64,000 nt of DNA, from NCBI GenBank assembly GCA_964036045.1, contig OZ038379.1, positions 38,688,001-38,752,000 on the forward strand, given 5' to 3'. Position numbers and translations under genes: made by a program. Positions 33,346 to 45,500 of this stretch are shown in pieces; position 1 is the stretch's first letter, and the number at the start of each line of letters is the position of its first letter. The stretch is from Eutreptiella sp. 'Long Island Sound 2002' (Eukaryota; Protista; Euglenida). Under the pieces are notes generated by a model, which saw nothing but the letters and a program-made list of their open reading frames with translations, was not told the origin of the DNA and did not search any database.

Positions 33346-36300
33346 CCTGGTACCGGCAGTGGCCCAAGCCCATTATCAACAGCCGGCCTATATTGCACGC
33401 GGCGCTACCTCATATGGGTGCAAGAGTTGGCCCCATCCCCAAGAGATAAAAGACAAGCAAGGTCCAAAACATGTTGGCGCACGTACATAATTACCATTCA
33501 ACCAAGCCACAAAACTTTTGGAGAAAAGAGTGGTCTTCTACTGCTGGCAATGGAAGTGTGACATCTGTATGATACCATGACATTGCAAAAACATGAATGA
33601 TTGTTAAACACACCACATACGTCCTCCTTATTTGGCATTCTACTGCTAGCAGTATGAACTTCATATTGGCTTCCACAAGTGATTCCCTGTGCACCATGAC
33701 AATACAACAATCAATGAATCCATGCCAATCAACATATGGACATGGGATGGATGATATTGCTGACCTTTGTCGCATCTAGTGAACCGATGTACATCATGTG
33801 CACAATGCCACAGACCACAAGCAAACACCCAATGGACATACACCTTGTAACTGTGTGATGTGTGCGGATGCGGACCGTGATGCCTCATCCGCAGCAGGCT
33901 TCTTCTCCCTTCGTTTTTTTTGTAGGGGTAGGAGGTGTGCATGCGGGGCTTGGGTGGGATAGGTTGTCCAAGAACTCACACCACCGCCACTGTGGCGTAT
34001 ACTCTTCTAGTTGGCGGGCCTCACACTTAAGCACTCGTTCAGTCATGTAGAAAGGTGTGGAAAGGCGACGACAAAACTTGGCGAAACCATCTTACGTCCA
34101 ACATAGCACCATTCCATTCTACACGGCGCAATGACGTCCAATGCAGAGTAAAATTATTGCCGTATCATGGAAGGCGCAGGGAGAAGGGAAGAGTGAAGAA
34201 GGACTCGCACAACAGGTCCTCACCATTGCTATCTTTTAACGAGAGATTACGGCCCGAGCTCATTGTGCAGAGCGTAGCAGGGAGCTCCACCTTTTATGGG
34301 GCGGGGGGATCTCTTACCTTGGCACCTGTGGTATTTGCGCGCTCAGTTCGGACAATCATGCGAGAACAAGGAACTAGCAGTTGCACATACATGTCAGTGA
34401 TTTGTGACAAAATATCTTCCCCAATTTACCATTTTGTCATGTTAAAATTTAAGCTTCATTTTTTTAAAAATGGCGCACACAGTGCTGAGAAAAGTGCTGG
34501 TGAAATTGTGCCACTCCTCTCGGCTTTGGAGACCCTAATACGGCACAGTTAAAGTAGCCACATCACTCCTCTCTACTCTTGAGACCCCAATGCGGTAGCA
34601 TACAACAGCCATGATCACTTGAGGTGGCAAGCTCTTTTGTTCCTAGCTATGGAGAGCACTCTTTAGGACCCTGTGCATGTGTGGTGTGTGCTAACAGTTG
34701 GGGATAAATTGTGAGGAGTGAACTCCATGAGATGATCTATGCTGCATTTCTGCAATTCATATCCAATAACGCAACAAATAAAGCGTGAATTACGAATCAT
34801 ATGGCGCGCAGGACAACTTCGCAAAGCACACATTTATACAAAGCCTTTTAGCATAGATACTGACTCATCCACATCTGACTCGGACTCTGACTGACCGGGA
34901 CTCTGACTAAGGTTCAAGTTTGCTGTGAAACATATGTGCACACTCACACACAACTACGGCACAACTGAGAAATCACGCACACTTGTACATATTGCTCGAT
35001 CTCAGGTATGAGAAAAGAAGGGCCCCTTCTAATGACCAAATGAGAAGCCAAGAAGTGAAATTTGGTCTCTCCCTCCCGACCCCCGATCCTTCCTTGTTTG
35101 TTTGGTGAGAGCAGCCTGCTTGGACATATTGAGTATCTCTATGGAGTCCGAGCTTGCTGGTTTACACTGTGGTAAAGTGAGCGTGGAGACGGTTTGAAAT
35201 ATGACAGCTTCAAATTCTGGACTCACAAGTGCAAGGCATGTAGCCCAATCCGAGCCACACACCCCCATCTGCGGGGGGGGGGGGGGGGTTGTGTAACGGC
35301 ACGGTCCATGGCATCCACCGACGGCACTGCACATCCAAGGTAGGCCTGGGAGCCCAAAGGCAGAGCGGCAATAGTCGCCGGATACACGATCGGAGTAGCG
35401 AGGTGGGGCCGTGGCTCTTGGACAAAGAGAGGGGGGGGGAGAGAGAGGTGGGTGTTTCCGTACGGCCCACACCATCTCCCTCCCATTACCCTACTTCGTT
35501 CCAGTCAGTTTGTCCATGTCCAAATCATCCCCCAAGGATCCTGCCGAAGCGCCTACCCCCCCCCAAAAGGAAGACCAAGGGCACTGAAATCTCTTGACAG
35601 GAACACTTGCGCAGATGCAGGGGTAAAATGGTGTCGGGTGCGATGGTCACACAAAGTTCTGCAGTGGTGCTTGTTTTATTTTGGGGGGGGAAGGTGGTGG
35701 TGGTGGGTCTGCATGAGTTGCACCTGCTATGGTATGGGTTGGAGCATGGCTCGGACCCACCCTCCCCACTGTGGTACCACCGTTTGGTTGTGGGGGTAGA
35801 AAACGGGCACAGGTTTTTCTGCCGGAGAAAACCCGTGGTTTTCGGCTTTCAGGCCGTTTGGGTGACGGACGTCGCTCCAGTTAGTGTACATGCTCGGGAG
35901 GTCTAAACTCCTTCTGCCGTTGCACTGTGCCGGAGTGTCTCGCTCCCCGACGGGTGTCCGAAGCCCCTCCGTGTGCTCTGCGCGCGTCCCGTGCGTGCCC
36001 ACTCGTCGCGCCTGAGGGTCCCATGCGGCTTTCCTAACCGCCATTTCCTGGTGGATCGTGGTACTTCCAGCATGCGGGCAAGGGCGAAACGCAAATTCGC
36101 AGCAAGAGCACACAACACATCGCAGAAGACTCGACCCGACGACATACCCAGTCATAGATCCGTGTAGTGCGAATGTACCGCATGTCCACAAGTTTGGAGA
36201 TAGAAACGCCACATGTGCCACCACTGCCTGACTCGTGCCGGTGTAGGCGCGCGGTCGCCACAGGTGTATCCGGCGAGAAAGCGGTGCGGTCCCGCGCTGT

Positions 36301-39300
36301 ATTGCAGAACAAAGCAGCGCCAACAATGCGTGAGTTCCTTAGCTGCTTCCGCCCAGGGAAGATGCACCACATATCAAAGCAAGGACCGCTGCCAAACGAA
36401 ACGCGGCCACTGAGCATGTTCCGCTAGACGTGGTCTAGAGTGAAACCAGTATAGGACGTCTCCGGTCCCAGGGTGTGCCATGCGTCTGTCCGGGTCTGTC
36501 CGGGACGTAAATAGACACACCGGAGAGGTGCCAAAGGTGCAAATGGAGTGAAGGGGGCATGGAGGAGGACTCCGGCGGCTGCAGGTGCCAATGTCCCGCT
36601 TCCGGGAAGTCCCGGTCGGGATATAGGTAGCCAAACGCCACTAGGGTGAGCCCAGTCACCCTCATTTCGTATTTGGGGGGGGTGGGCGGTGCTGGACATG
36701 TGTAACACAGCTTTCCAAAGAGCTACCAAAAACTTTCCACTTGCTGAGGCTTGGCCCCATGACGGATCATCGCCTTCTCTGATGCCGGGAGTATACGGCC
36801 GGTGAGTGACAGGGTCATCCAAGCCACGCGAGGCAACGGACAGACTGGAGCGGATTCTGTGGTAATGCCCAGATACGTGCCCCCCCACTGAACCAGCACA
36901 CCCCAGCAGGTGGGTCGAGAGACGGACCATTCCGGTATTATGCGGCGAAGGTGGGAAGCCATCTGTGTGTATAGCACAGCAAACCACCGCTGACTGTAGC
37001 GACAATTTTCTTGAAAGTGTGACGCGGTGAGCACAGTGTCACAAAATGCACAGCGGGTGGCAACCGCAGCCCCCAGCTCATGACGAAAGGTTACCATGCG
37101 CAGTTGGTCTCCCCATGAAAGGGAGCCAGGCTCAACACAAGTCGCATAGTACGGGTAGGACGCTACCTCGGGAGCATATAGCACGTCTTGTTGCTTTGTG
37201 TAAAGCTGGCGTAGCTGATGGTACTGCACCGTGCTAGCGTCGTGCTATTGCACCCCGTTTCTGCAAAAAGCCGGCTGCGGGACTTGTAAGCCCGCGAGAT
37301 AACCTGCTAGTACGGGATGAGGCTGGCGCAGCGCCTGTGCCTTGGCCTCCCGATCAACAACATCCAAAACCAAGTCGAGAAAGGTCCCCTGCTAATGAGA
37401 ATAGAGGTGCTGAGGTGGAGGGAATTGACCGGCCAACCTGATACAATCCGCAAGCAAGAGATCAACCAACCCTGTGCCCAGTTCTTCCGTGCGACGGCTG
37501 CACATCGCCTGTATGTAAGACCGCGAGTCTGTAAAATTTCCCCGCTCTCGAAGGCCGCGTGCCGTGGCACAAGCCACCGAACCCGAAGCAAGCAAAGCGT
37601 GTTTGACCTGGCACAGTACCCAGGAAGTATACACTTCCACTGCGTAGGAGTGGTCCAGATGACAAGGGACAAATACCCGATGGACCACCCAAGTGAGGGT
37701 GTCCAAACAAACCACCGCAAAAGCACCACCAAAACAGTGGGAGGGGAACCACAAACCGTCCGTGACAAAAGCACAGTGCTGAGGGACAAACCGCAAGACA
37801 GGCAAATCTGGCTGCATAGGCACCGACACCCCGTGCCGTGGAGGGAGGCTCTCCAGCCCCACTGCCATGGCGCAAGCGGCCAACCGGCTGCATGCACATC
37901 ACGCAAGGTGAAGTAACCCGCGTCCATCCACTCGTGGATGGCAGCGGCCTGCCAGGGATGCACCGCCCGACACATGACATGGTCCGCCCCCTGTTCTAGG
38001 CGGACCGGGGGCAGGCTGATGCGAAAGTTGAGGACATGCATGTAGAGTACAAATCTCCCGTGGTCTGTGTTGTGGACTCTGCCACACCCGGAGAGGCCGC
38101 GGCGTACGAAAGGCATATCAGGGTGGAAGCCTTGCATGGCTTCGTATAGGCCATGTTGTGTGCTGTGTCGCACCATGGAATTGGCGTGGCGCAACTGCTT
38201 CTGATAGGTCTGCACGAACTGACTGATTACGGCCACCACAGCCGGCTCAATCCCCACCCATCCGGGGGCCAGGGGCTAGAAGAATTGGGCTGACGAGAGG
38301 GCATCCCATCCAGTAACCGCGCGTAGTACCGACGCCGCGGCTTGGTTTGCCCCTCGCATGGAGTGGTACGTCGGACGACGTACCCATGCTTGCCAGCGCT
38401 GTTGCCCACCGGCGACGGCACTGTACATCTCACCCGGATAGTTCGAGGGAAGCCGAACCATGGCAAGCGCTCTCGAGGCACGTCAGCTAGCACTGAAAGG
38501 TTTAACTTTGTCTACTTTGTGGTAGATGTGGGGGAACAGGTGCCGGCCTACTATACGCACGTGTACGTTCTCGTGAACGGGAGCGGGAACGTTCGCGCGT
38601 CTCTGAACGGGACCGCTTGTTCCGGCGCCGTTCCCCCTCCTCTGCACCACCTGTGTGCTCGGGGGCGGGGGCGGGAGGTGCCGCCGCCGTTCCACCCCTG
38701 CGGGGCGTGGGCGCGGCAGACGTGCTCGGGGCAGACCAATGTGTGGACCCGCCTTTCCCCCGAGTTGTGTAGGGGGTCCAGGGCAGTCGGTAGGACTTCT
38801 GCAATTGTATTCTCCAGCCTCCCCGTGTGATTGTACCCCCTTGTTCCACTAACGCTCGGGCCTCCTCGCGGACCCCAAGATTAGCGAAGGAAACTTCCGC
38901 TCCGACATACTCATCCAAGACAGTGCAAAGGTTGTCATGAAAACGGGAGCGTAGAAAGCCGGCTAGCACTCTTGCACACATGGGCTGGGACGGGGGGTCG
39001 GAGACAAGAGTCCACTAGACATTGCAACCCACAGGGAACTGCGCCGCGTCGGAGTGTGCCCACCCCCCAAAACCCCAACTACACGTGGACTCATTCGTTT
39101 TCTGTGCCTGCACCGCTGGGCTTTGGCCAACCGCCGGGACAGAGGGGTCATCTTGAGGATGAGCTTTGACGAAGTCCACGACTGCCTGAGTGACGGTGGG
39201 CTTCAAGGGCAGAAAGGCTCGAAGGCGTTCCCATGGCCTCACCGAGTCATGTGGGAAGTTGGGCACATCGCACCCCGCCAACTGCATGGTCAAGTGAAAG

Positions 39301-39950
39301 GCTCGTGCAAGGCCCCCCACTTTCTTGTCTTTCACCACATTGGGCCCGGTGAGGAACCCATTCAGGACCGGAGGCACGCCATTGGGGGCGTGACCCGTGT
39401 CACGGCTCTCGGAAAATGTCGCCTCATTCGGCGCGGACTCGCTTGCCTTGGGCACCGAGGCCGATATTACTAGATCGTCAGCGCCCGTGAGGTCCACAAT
39501 GGGGGATTCCTGGACAAGCTTCGCCGTCGGAGTCGCACTCGGCCGGGGCATATCAAGCGGGGACTCAAATTGCGCAAAGAAGAGCTGCAAATCTCGAAAG
39601 GCCAGGGATCCCCTCGCCACCCAAGCCGTGAAAAGAACTGGTAGAGACGGGTACCACGCTGCATGATGTTTGTCAATCCGCGGGTAGTTTGCAGGGCGCA
39701 GCTTCTCCAAAGCTGACTGCAAGGCGTCGGGCACCTATGTGCCTTTGGGGGGGGGGGGAGCTTGCGAGCGAGAGAAAGCAGGGTCTTCGCGACCAGCTGA
39801 ATGCGCGTGTCAACACCTCCCGTCCCTTCCGCAGTGGTACGTTTGCGATCCAGGGTCTGTACCAACTTGGTGACTTGGACTTGAAGATCGTCAATGCGAG
39901 ACTGCACACGCTCTGTGGCAGCACTGTGCAACTTCTTTTGATGCACTAGA

Positions 39951-42534
39951 CAGGGTTTTTCATAGAAACGTGATTGGGCTGCCCCGGATGAAACGTGATT
40001 TAAGGTGATCTAACGTGATTTAACGTGATTGTCAACGTGATTTTTGGGTTGCAATTCCATGCTGCTCTGTGGGGTCTGGACATGGTAAACCCATGTACAC
40101 CAATCTCATTCATCAGCCCTGTCCTTGGGAACATGTAACACAAGGCAATGCACTGGACAGGTTTGTAGGAGACAATTCTTAGTCCACCAAAATCATTTCT
40201 TCACACATTTGAATGCTACAGGATCAGTACAGGTGAGATATTGGATGCGAGAAACAACCTAAATACATCATTCCTAAGTGAAGCGCTGCTCCACATCCCC
40301 ATTGAAAAACATTGTGACACATGCTTCACGTACACACTCTCCCATTCTTTGTTGGTTGGGAGCATCAATTAGGCCAGCCAAACTGAAAGAACGCTCCACA
40401 GCAGCAGAGGACAAGGGAAACCACAAAAACGGTTCCATTGCTGCAGGCAACAGTCCTCCACGCTGGGACCAAAAAGTATCAATATCCTTACAACATTGCA
40501 CATTAACCTTCTCAATTCCGGTGTACCTCCCCCATGCCTCTTGTAGTTGTCTGTTGCGTTTCGTTTTTGACTCCCGTAGATCATCATCATCATCATCTGA
40601 AATTGGCACAGCAAATAATTCTGAGTACAGCTCCCAACGTGCGTCCATGTCTCTCACATTTCAGGGGTCCAAAATGCGGAATTTTTTCAGTAAAGCGAGA
40701 AGCGACTTCTGGTTCTCCAAATACTTTTTAAGCTCCGTCAGCAGATGCTTCCGTGCTGTGCTCAACTTGTTCTTCAATGCCAATGTGGCGGCACTGTTGG
40801 GCATGGCTTCAAGGGCAGTGACCACCCGAGGGTGGTAAGTGTTGGCCTCCAAAGCAGATTGTAAATCAGTCAAACAGTCCAACATGATCACAGCCACTAG
40901 TTCACCCTCTGTTTGAGCAACATTAATGGCAGTGATGAAGATTTCAGTGGCCTCACAAGCAAACACCATAGTTGCTTTTTTGGCACTCCGATCCACCGCC
41001 AGCAAATCAAGCAATTGTTGGAGGTTGGTGGGAGCTGCGTCTGCCTTGTACCGCTGGACCTCCAGTTTTAAGAATTCATGCATGTGGTCCATATAGTCGA
41101 TCCACCACGAAGCCACAGTTCTCCAAATGGACCAAGGTGTTGTTATGTACTTTGGTGGGACACTGCGCCCAACCTTTTTGCGATGCAAAAATGCAAACCA
41201 GCGGCGCCGACGCCCAGAGTGACGCTTTGCATGCAGCATGGCTGGCCCCAGCTCAAAAATACGCACCAAGTTTGAGTCCAAATCGGCGATAATTGATTTT
41301 GCCACATTGTTCAACCCATGGCTCAAGCAAGACACCCAGACAGCTTTAGGACATACCGGTAGTCAGAATGTCGTCGTACGCTTTCCTCAGCACAGAAGCA
41401 CGGTCCGAGGAAAACGCATATACATCACCACGGTCAACCCCCATCTGGGTCAGCACCTTCACAACTGCGGGCCCCAACTCTGAGTGCTCTACCCCGTTGT
41501 TTGGCCCTTTGCACACCAACTCAACTGTGGCAACGACGTACACATTCCGACCGTAGCCCAGCAGAACATCAATAATGGCATGCCCAGAGTTGTCCGTGTA
41601 CTCGTCTGTTCCAATCCACACCTTTTTGGCCTTGACTCGGTTGCGAATGGCACCAATGTGCAACTTCCCAACACGCTTACTGGTGCGGTAATGAGTGGCC
41701 CCCTTCCCCAGGCAGCCCTCCACAGAAGTATACTTTTTGAATAGCCCCCTGAGGGAAGGGTGGTCTAGCCTATTTGGTGCAATCCCTGCTTGTAAAAATG
41801 CAGCGACGAAATCGTCGTTGACATGTTGGTTGTGGTTCAAGCCGGTGAGAACATCCTTCAAATCGGGCTGCACTTGCACTACCTTTCGAGTGTTTTCATT
41901 CACTGCTGGGCTTGTTGTACTTGGGGAGGGTTGCGTTGATGTTGCTGGCACACGTGGTGATTCAACCGGCGCACTTTAGACCAGGCTGCTTGTTTAGTTT
42001 CCCCGCATTCAACTTGGCACGTTTGTGATTGGCGGATGTTAAATGGTTGTTGGCATGGCTCTTCTCCAGCCAAGACACGGAGCATAGGCATGACATACAC
42101 CACATAATTTCTTCACCCTTGGCAATGAAATCGTCAAGAAATTGCCGGGCACGCTTCACCGCGTTGAAAGTGCTGCCCCGCTTCCATACTTTGGTTGTTG
42201 CGCTATTGGTCTCTGGGTCATCGGGCATCACGAAAAACAGACAACGGGGCCTGACACGGAAATGGCGCGTGTTGTCATCCGCTGGACTTGATGTGGTCCT
42301 GATCACCTACAGAGAACACCGTGTCGGTTGACACCGTGTCTTGCTTCTATGTTGCGCATTCACATGGCATGCCAGGGAAGGATAGGTCCATGGCCGCCCC
42401 CCCTGGTGGGGGCCCAATGAAACGTGATTTAACGTGATTGAACGTGGTTTAACGTGATGTGGCAAATCGGCTCAAAAAGTGGTACAACGTGATTTAACGT
42501 GATTTAACGTACCACGTTTCAATGAAAAACCCTG
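39951..42534 (-). mobile_element. hAT DNA transposon (CGGBP1/hAT19-like), 2584 bp
   Basis: TIRs CAGGGTTTTTCAT(A/T)GAAACGTG; AACGTGATT subterminal repeats at both ends; 6-bp direct repeat ACTAGA at 39945-39950 and 42535-42540. Confidence 0.92.
40274..42306 (-). pseudogene. hAT transposase (~670 aa) with 2 frameshifts (~41960, ~41345) and one in-frame TGA (~40661)
   Basis: N-terminal WCMSC...NHLTSANH (CGGBP1-like C2H2/BED finger), FVAAFLQAGIAPNRLDHPSLR, catalytic WIGTDEYTD, FSSDRASVL, SCLSHGLNNV (CxxH) and C-terminal dimerisation motif PLSSAAVERSFS. Confidence 0.88.
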
Positions 42535-45500
42535 ACTAGATCTTGGCGCGCCAAAAGCAGTGCATCCTCCGTTGCTTGTAGGGTGTCGCACGTCCGACGG
42601 TGCTGCTCGGATAATTTACGAAGTTAAGCATCTTCCCGTGCAACAGGCTCTGGCCGGACCGCCGCCTCGAACTACGACAGCAAGTCAATGGGCACCGAGT
42701 CCCCGTCTACCAACTTATCTTGGACCTCTTTCGTGGTGCGGGCTGCTGAGCTGGTTGGAGGAGGGGATAAGGCATCGTCAACTAAAACCCCGCCAAGCTC
42801 CGCGGGGGTAGCGACGTCCCGGGCTTCAGTCCACACCGCCAAGGATAGCTCAGGCAAGCGGGGGGTGCGTAGGACCTCATGTGCAGAACACATGGACATA
42901 GGGTCTCTTAACCCTGAAGCCAGGAGCAATGCCAATATAGAAGCTGGAGCCCATGGGGGCGGTGCAAGATCCATCACTTCACCCGCAACTTCTTCGTCAC
43001 GAAGCAACAATGTAGACGCCTCGAGCACGCGCGGCGCTTGCTCAGCAGAGATCTTGCAAGTTTTGACATTAGCGGGAGATCCCACCGGAAACTCTTGTTG
43101 TGGGGTGGCGACCAGGTCGGCCGCCCACCACAGAACATAGGGGTAGATCTGATGCAGGACGTCTGGCGTCACATGCGGGGTGTTGAGGGGCCTAGTAGGC
43201 ATGTCAAGGATGACCGCCCATTGCCCCGCCCCATCCGACCGAAGCTGTGGTGGTAACCGCTGTGAAATGGGGTCTGTCACCAACTTCGAATATTGCGTGC
43301 CTCGGAACTCAGGTGACTGATCCGCCTCCGTGAGGCCGAGCAACTGCCGTAGTCTTGCCCGAAACCAATTTCCGTGAATGCGTTGGAAGTAAGGGTTCCG
43401 CCTCAGGAGCAGCCCCCGAGAGGTAGCGTCTGCGGTCTGTGCGAAAGCCAAAAGTGGAAGAGGCTGAGCCATGGCCACCTGGCAGTAGGTAACCACCTGT
43501 ACCCCCGTGGTAGTTTTCATATTGGCAGTGACCGACAACAAAGCGCCACTGGTAGTAAGCATGACTCGTAGGTCGCTCACGGCATAGAGCTCCCCTTCTA
43601 GTGTGAGCCAGCGCCAAGTGTCACAGAGATGACTAGGTGTTGTTCCCGCGGTGTCGCTGAGTGCCCTGATCGCTTCATGTAGCGCGGGCAGAGGGACATC
43701 TGTCGTGTAGTCACACAGTAGCGATTGCACACGCGCTGCGCTCCAACAGGCGTAAGAACCGGCTAGGGGGGTCAGTGAGAGATGCAAGCAAAGGAGGCAT
43801 GTTGGATTGAGAACAGAGACAACGCGATCACGGGGATGCTGCGCCACACAGTAGGGCAAGTGGTTAGATAATACCAATACTGAAAGACACAACAAACACA
43901 GCACAAGACCGCAGTGGTGGCGTCCCCCCCCCCTATCGCCATGACCTTTGGTAGCAGCCTGGCCACCGCGCAAGGCGGGGATGCGGAGAGGGAGGTTCAG
44001 TCCCCAGCGGTGTCAAGCAGTTGCAAACACCGGCGCGCAACAAAGGTGTGCCACCTGGCCGGTCACGAACAAGGGTTGGTTAGTAGTACGTGAAGTCCCC
44101 GGACGCAGAACACGGACAGAGATGCGGAAGGTTAGGGGCCGGCATAATGTTCTGGGCTAGTTTACATCATGGCGGGGCTAGATGCGCCTCAGCAGGATTT
44201 GCTAGTGATGCATGTGCCGTCGTGTCCGAAAAAAGCTGTGCACTGACCTCGCGAATGACATGGGCTTTTCCTCTCAAGACGAACCTCTGCTGCGTGGTGG
44301 CGAAGATGGTAGAGGTGCCGCCAAGCTGCAGTCTCCACAGATCGGATGCCCAGTGGTGTCCTGACGGTTTGTCGCGGTCCACCCGGACGACTACTGCCGT
44401 CTGCCACTTCGTGTGGAGGCGCCGGACTAGCCACCCCTTGAATCGTTCAAATGATGTTGCTGCATACTTCTCCTGCATTGGGAATGTCAAGTAGACTTGA
44501 AGTTGGAGATCATCCAGCACACCAAGCGTATAGCTGGGGCTCTCCAGGGCCTGCTTGCCCTCGTAGTACTCTGCTGGACGCCGAGCGTCTCGTGCTTTGC
44601 GGGTAGCCCACCCGCTTGCTGACCGTTTGCGTTTACCGGAGGGAGGATGTGGCGGTGTCGGTGGGTTTGGAGACGCGGACATGAGACCAAAGCTGAAGAG
44701 GACTCTGGAAGGACCAAGTCAGGCCGGCTGCATCGGGGTGACCAACACTGCAAGAAGGGTGTTCCCTTTCACAGGCCGATTGGGCCCCCGTGAGGGAGGG
44801 TTGCCGCATGGCGGGCGTGGAACCCCCAAGAATCGAAATGCACCTCTGACGCGGAAAAGAGAGGGAAGGAGGTACTTGGAACGCATACGCGACAACAAGT
44901 ACAAATGTAGAGAAGCTTGAGGGGACTCTTGGCCTCTGGTTGTAAGCGTGTGTGCCATGCGACATGTATACCTGTACTTCCGCCAATCTTGGTGGTGGGA
45001 CTCATTGCGCTTTTCGTTCAGTGCTAAGTGTGTTTCCCGTGTGATGCGCTGTGGGGCCCTCGGGTAGGTGCCACCCTGGCGTCTCCTGTGGGTCGATGGT
45101 TGTGTGTCCCGATGCCCACGGCGTCCTGCGGTGAGCGACACCCCACTGTTGGCCTGTATTTGTACCCTCCCATGCCTTGAGCTCGCTAGGAGGGGTCTCC
45201 GACGTGGGGCTCGGTCCACGTCCACATCCCCCAGTGGGAGGTGCGCCTGGCCGGTGCCTGGGGAGTGGGAAGAGCGGGGAGGGGGTTGGCATGACACCCG
45301 GTTGTGTCTCGTTCTGCAGTTGGCAGATATTATTGGCCTCTCCACTTATGGCTGCCCTTCCCTTGAACCCTTCCCCTCCATCGGCGGCGGTGCCCATCAC
45401 CACCTTCTGCCCTCCCTCTCCCTGCCCGGCCTATCCTTACCTCCCTACTCACCCTTCGTTTCCCTTGGTAGGTTGTGCCAACGGAGCACTACACCTGTTT

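Larger units (their letters stand above)
36700..44700 (-). mobile_element. Decayed non-LTR retrotransposon (LINE) A: long 5' ORFs, internal deletion of endonuclease and most of RT, then RT end, RNase H and CCHC knuckle; interrupted by the hAT
   Basis: RNase H pattern AFVTDG...SYAVEVY...NFTDSRSY...HLYSH...LDVVDREAK (~37780-37330); CAFC-x8-H-x4-C at 37002-37052. VRIVGRHLFPHIYHKVD and SQFVQTYQKQLRHANSMVRHST align with post-RT segments of LINE B. An RS-rich ORF1-like segment abuts them at ~38570. The 5' boundary is uncertain. Confidence 0.65.

Noticed and set aside
33480-34560. Possible integrase-core (IS481EU-like) transposase relic (WHGFID, GITVR, FAMSWYH fragments)
   Set aside because: Fragments lie in different frames and are too short to support a call by eye; needs a frameshift-aware profile search.
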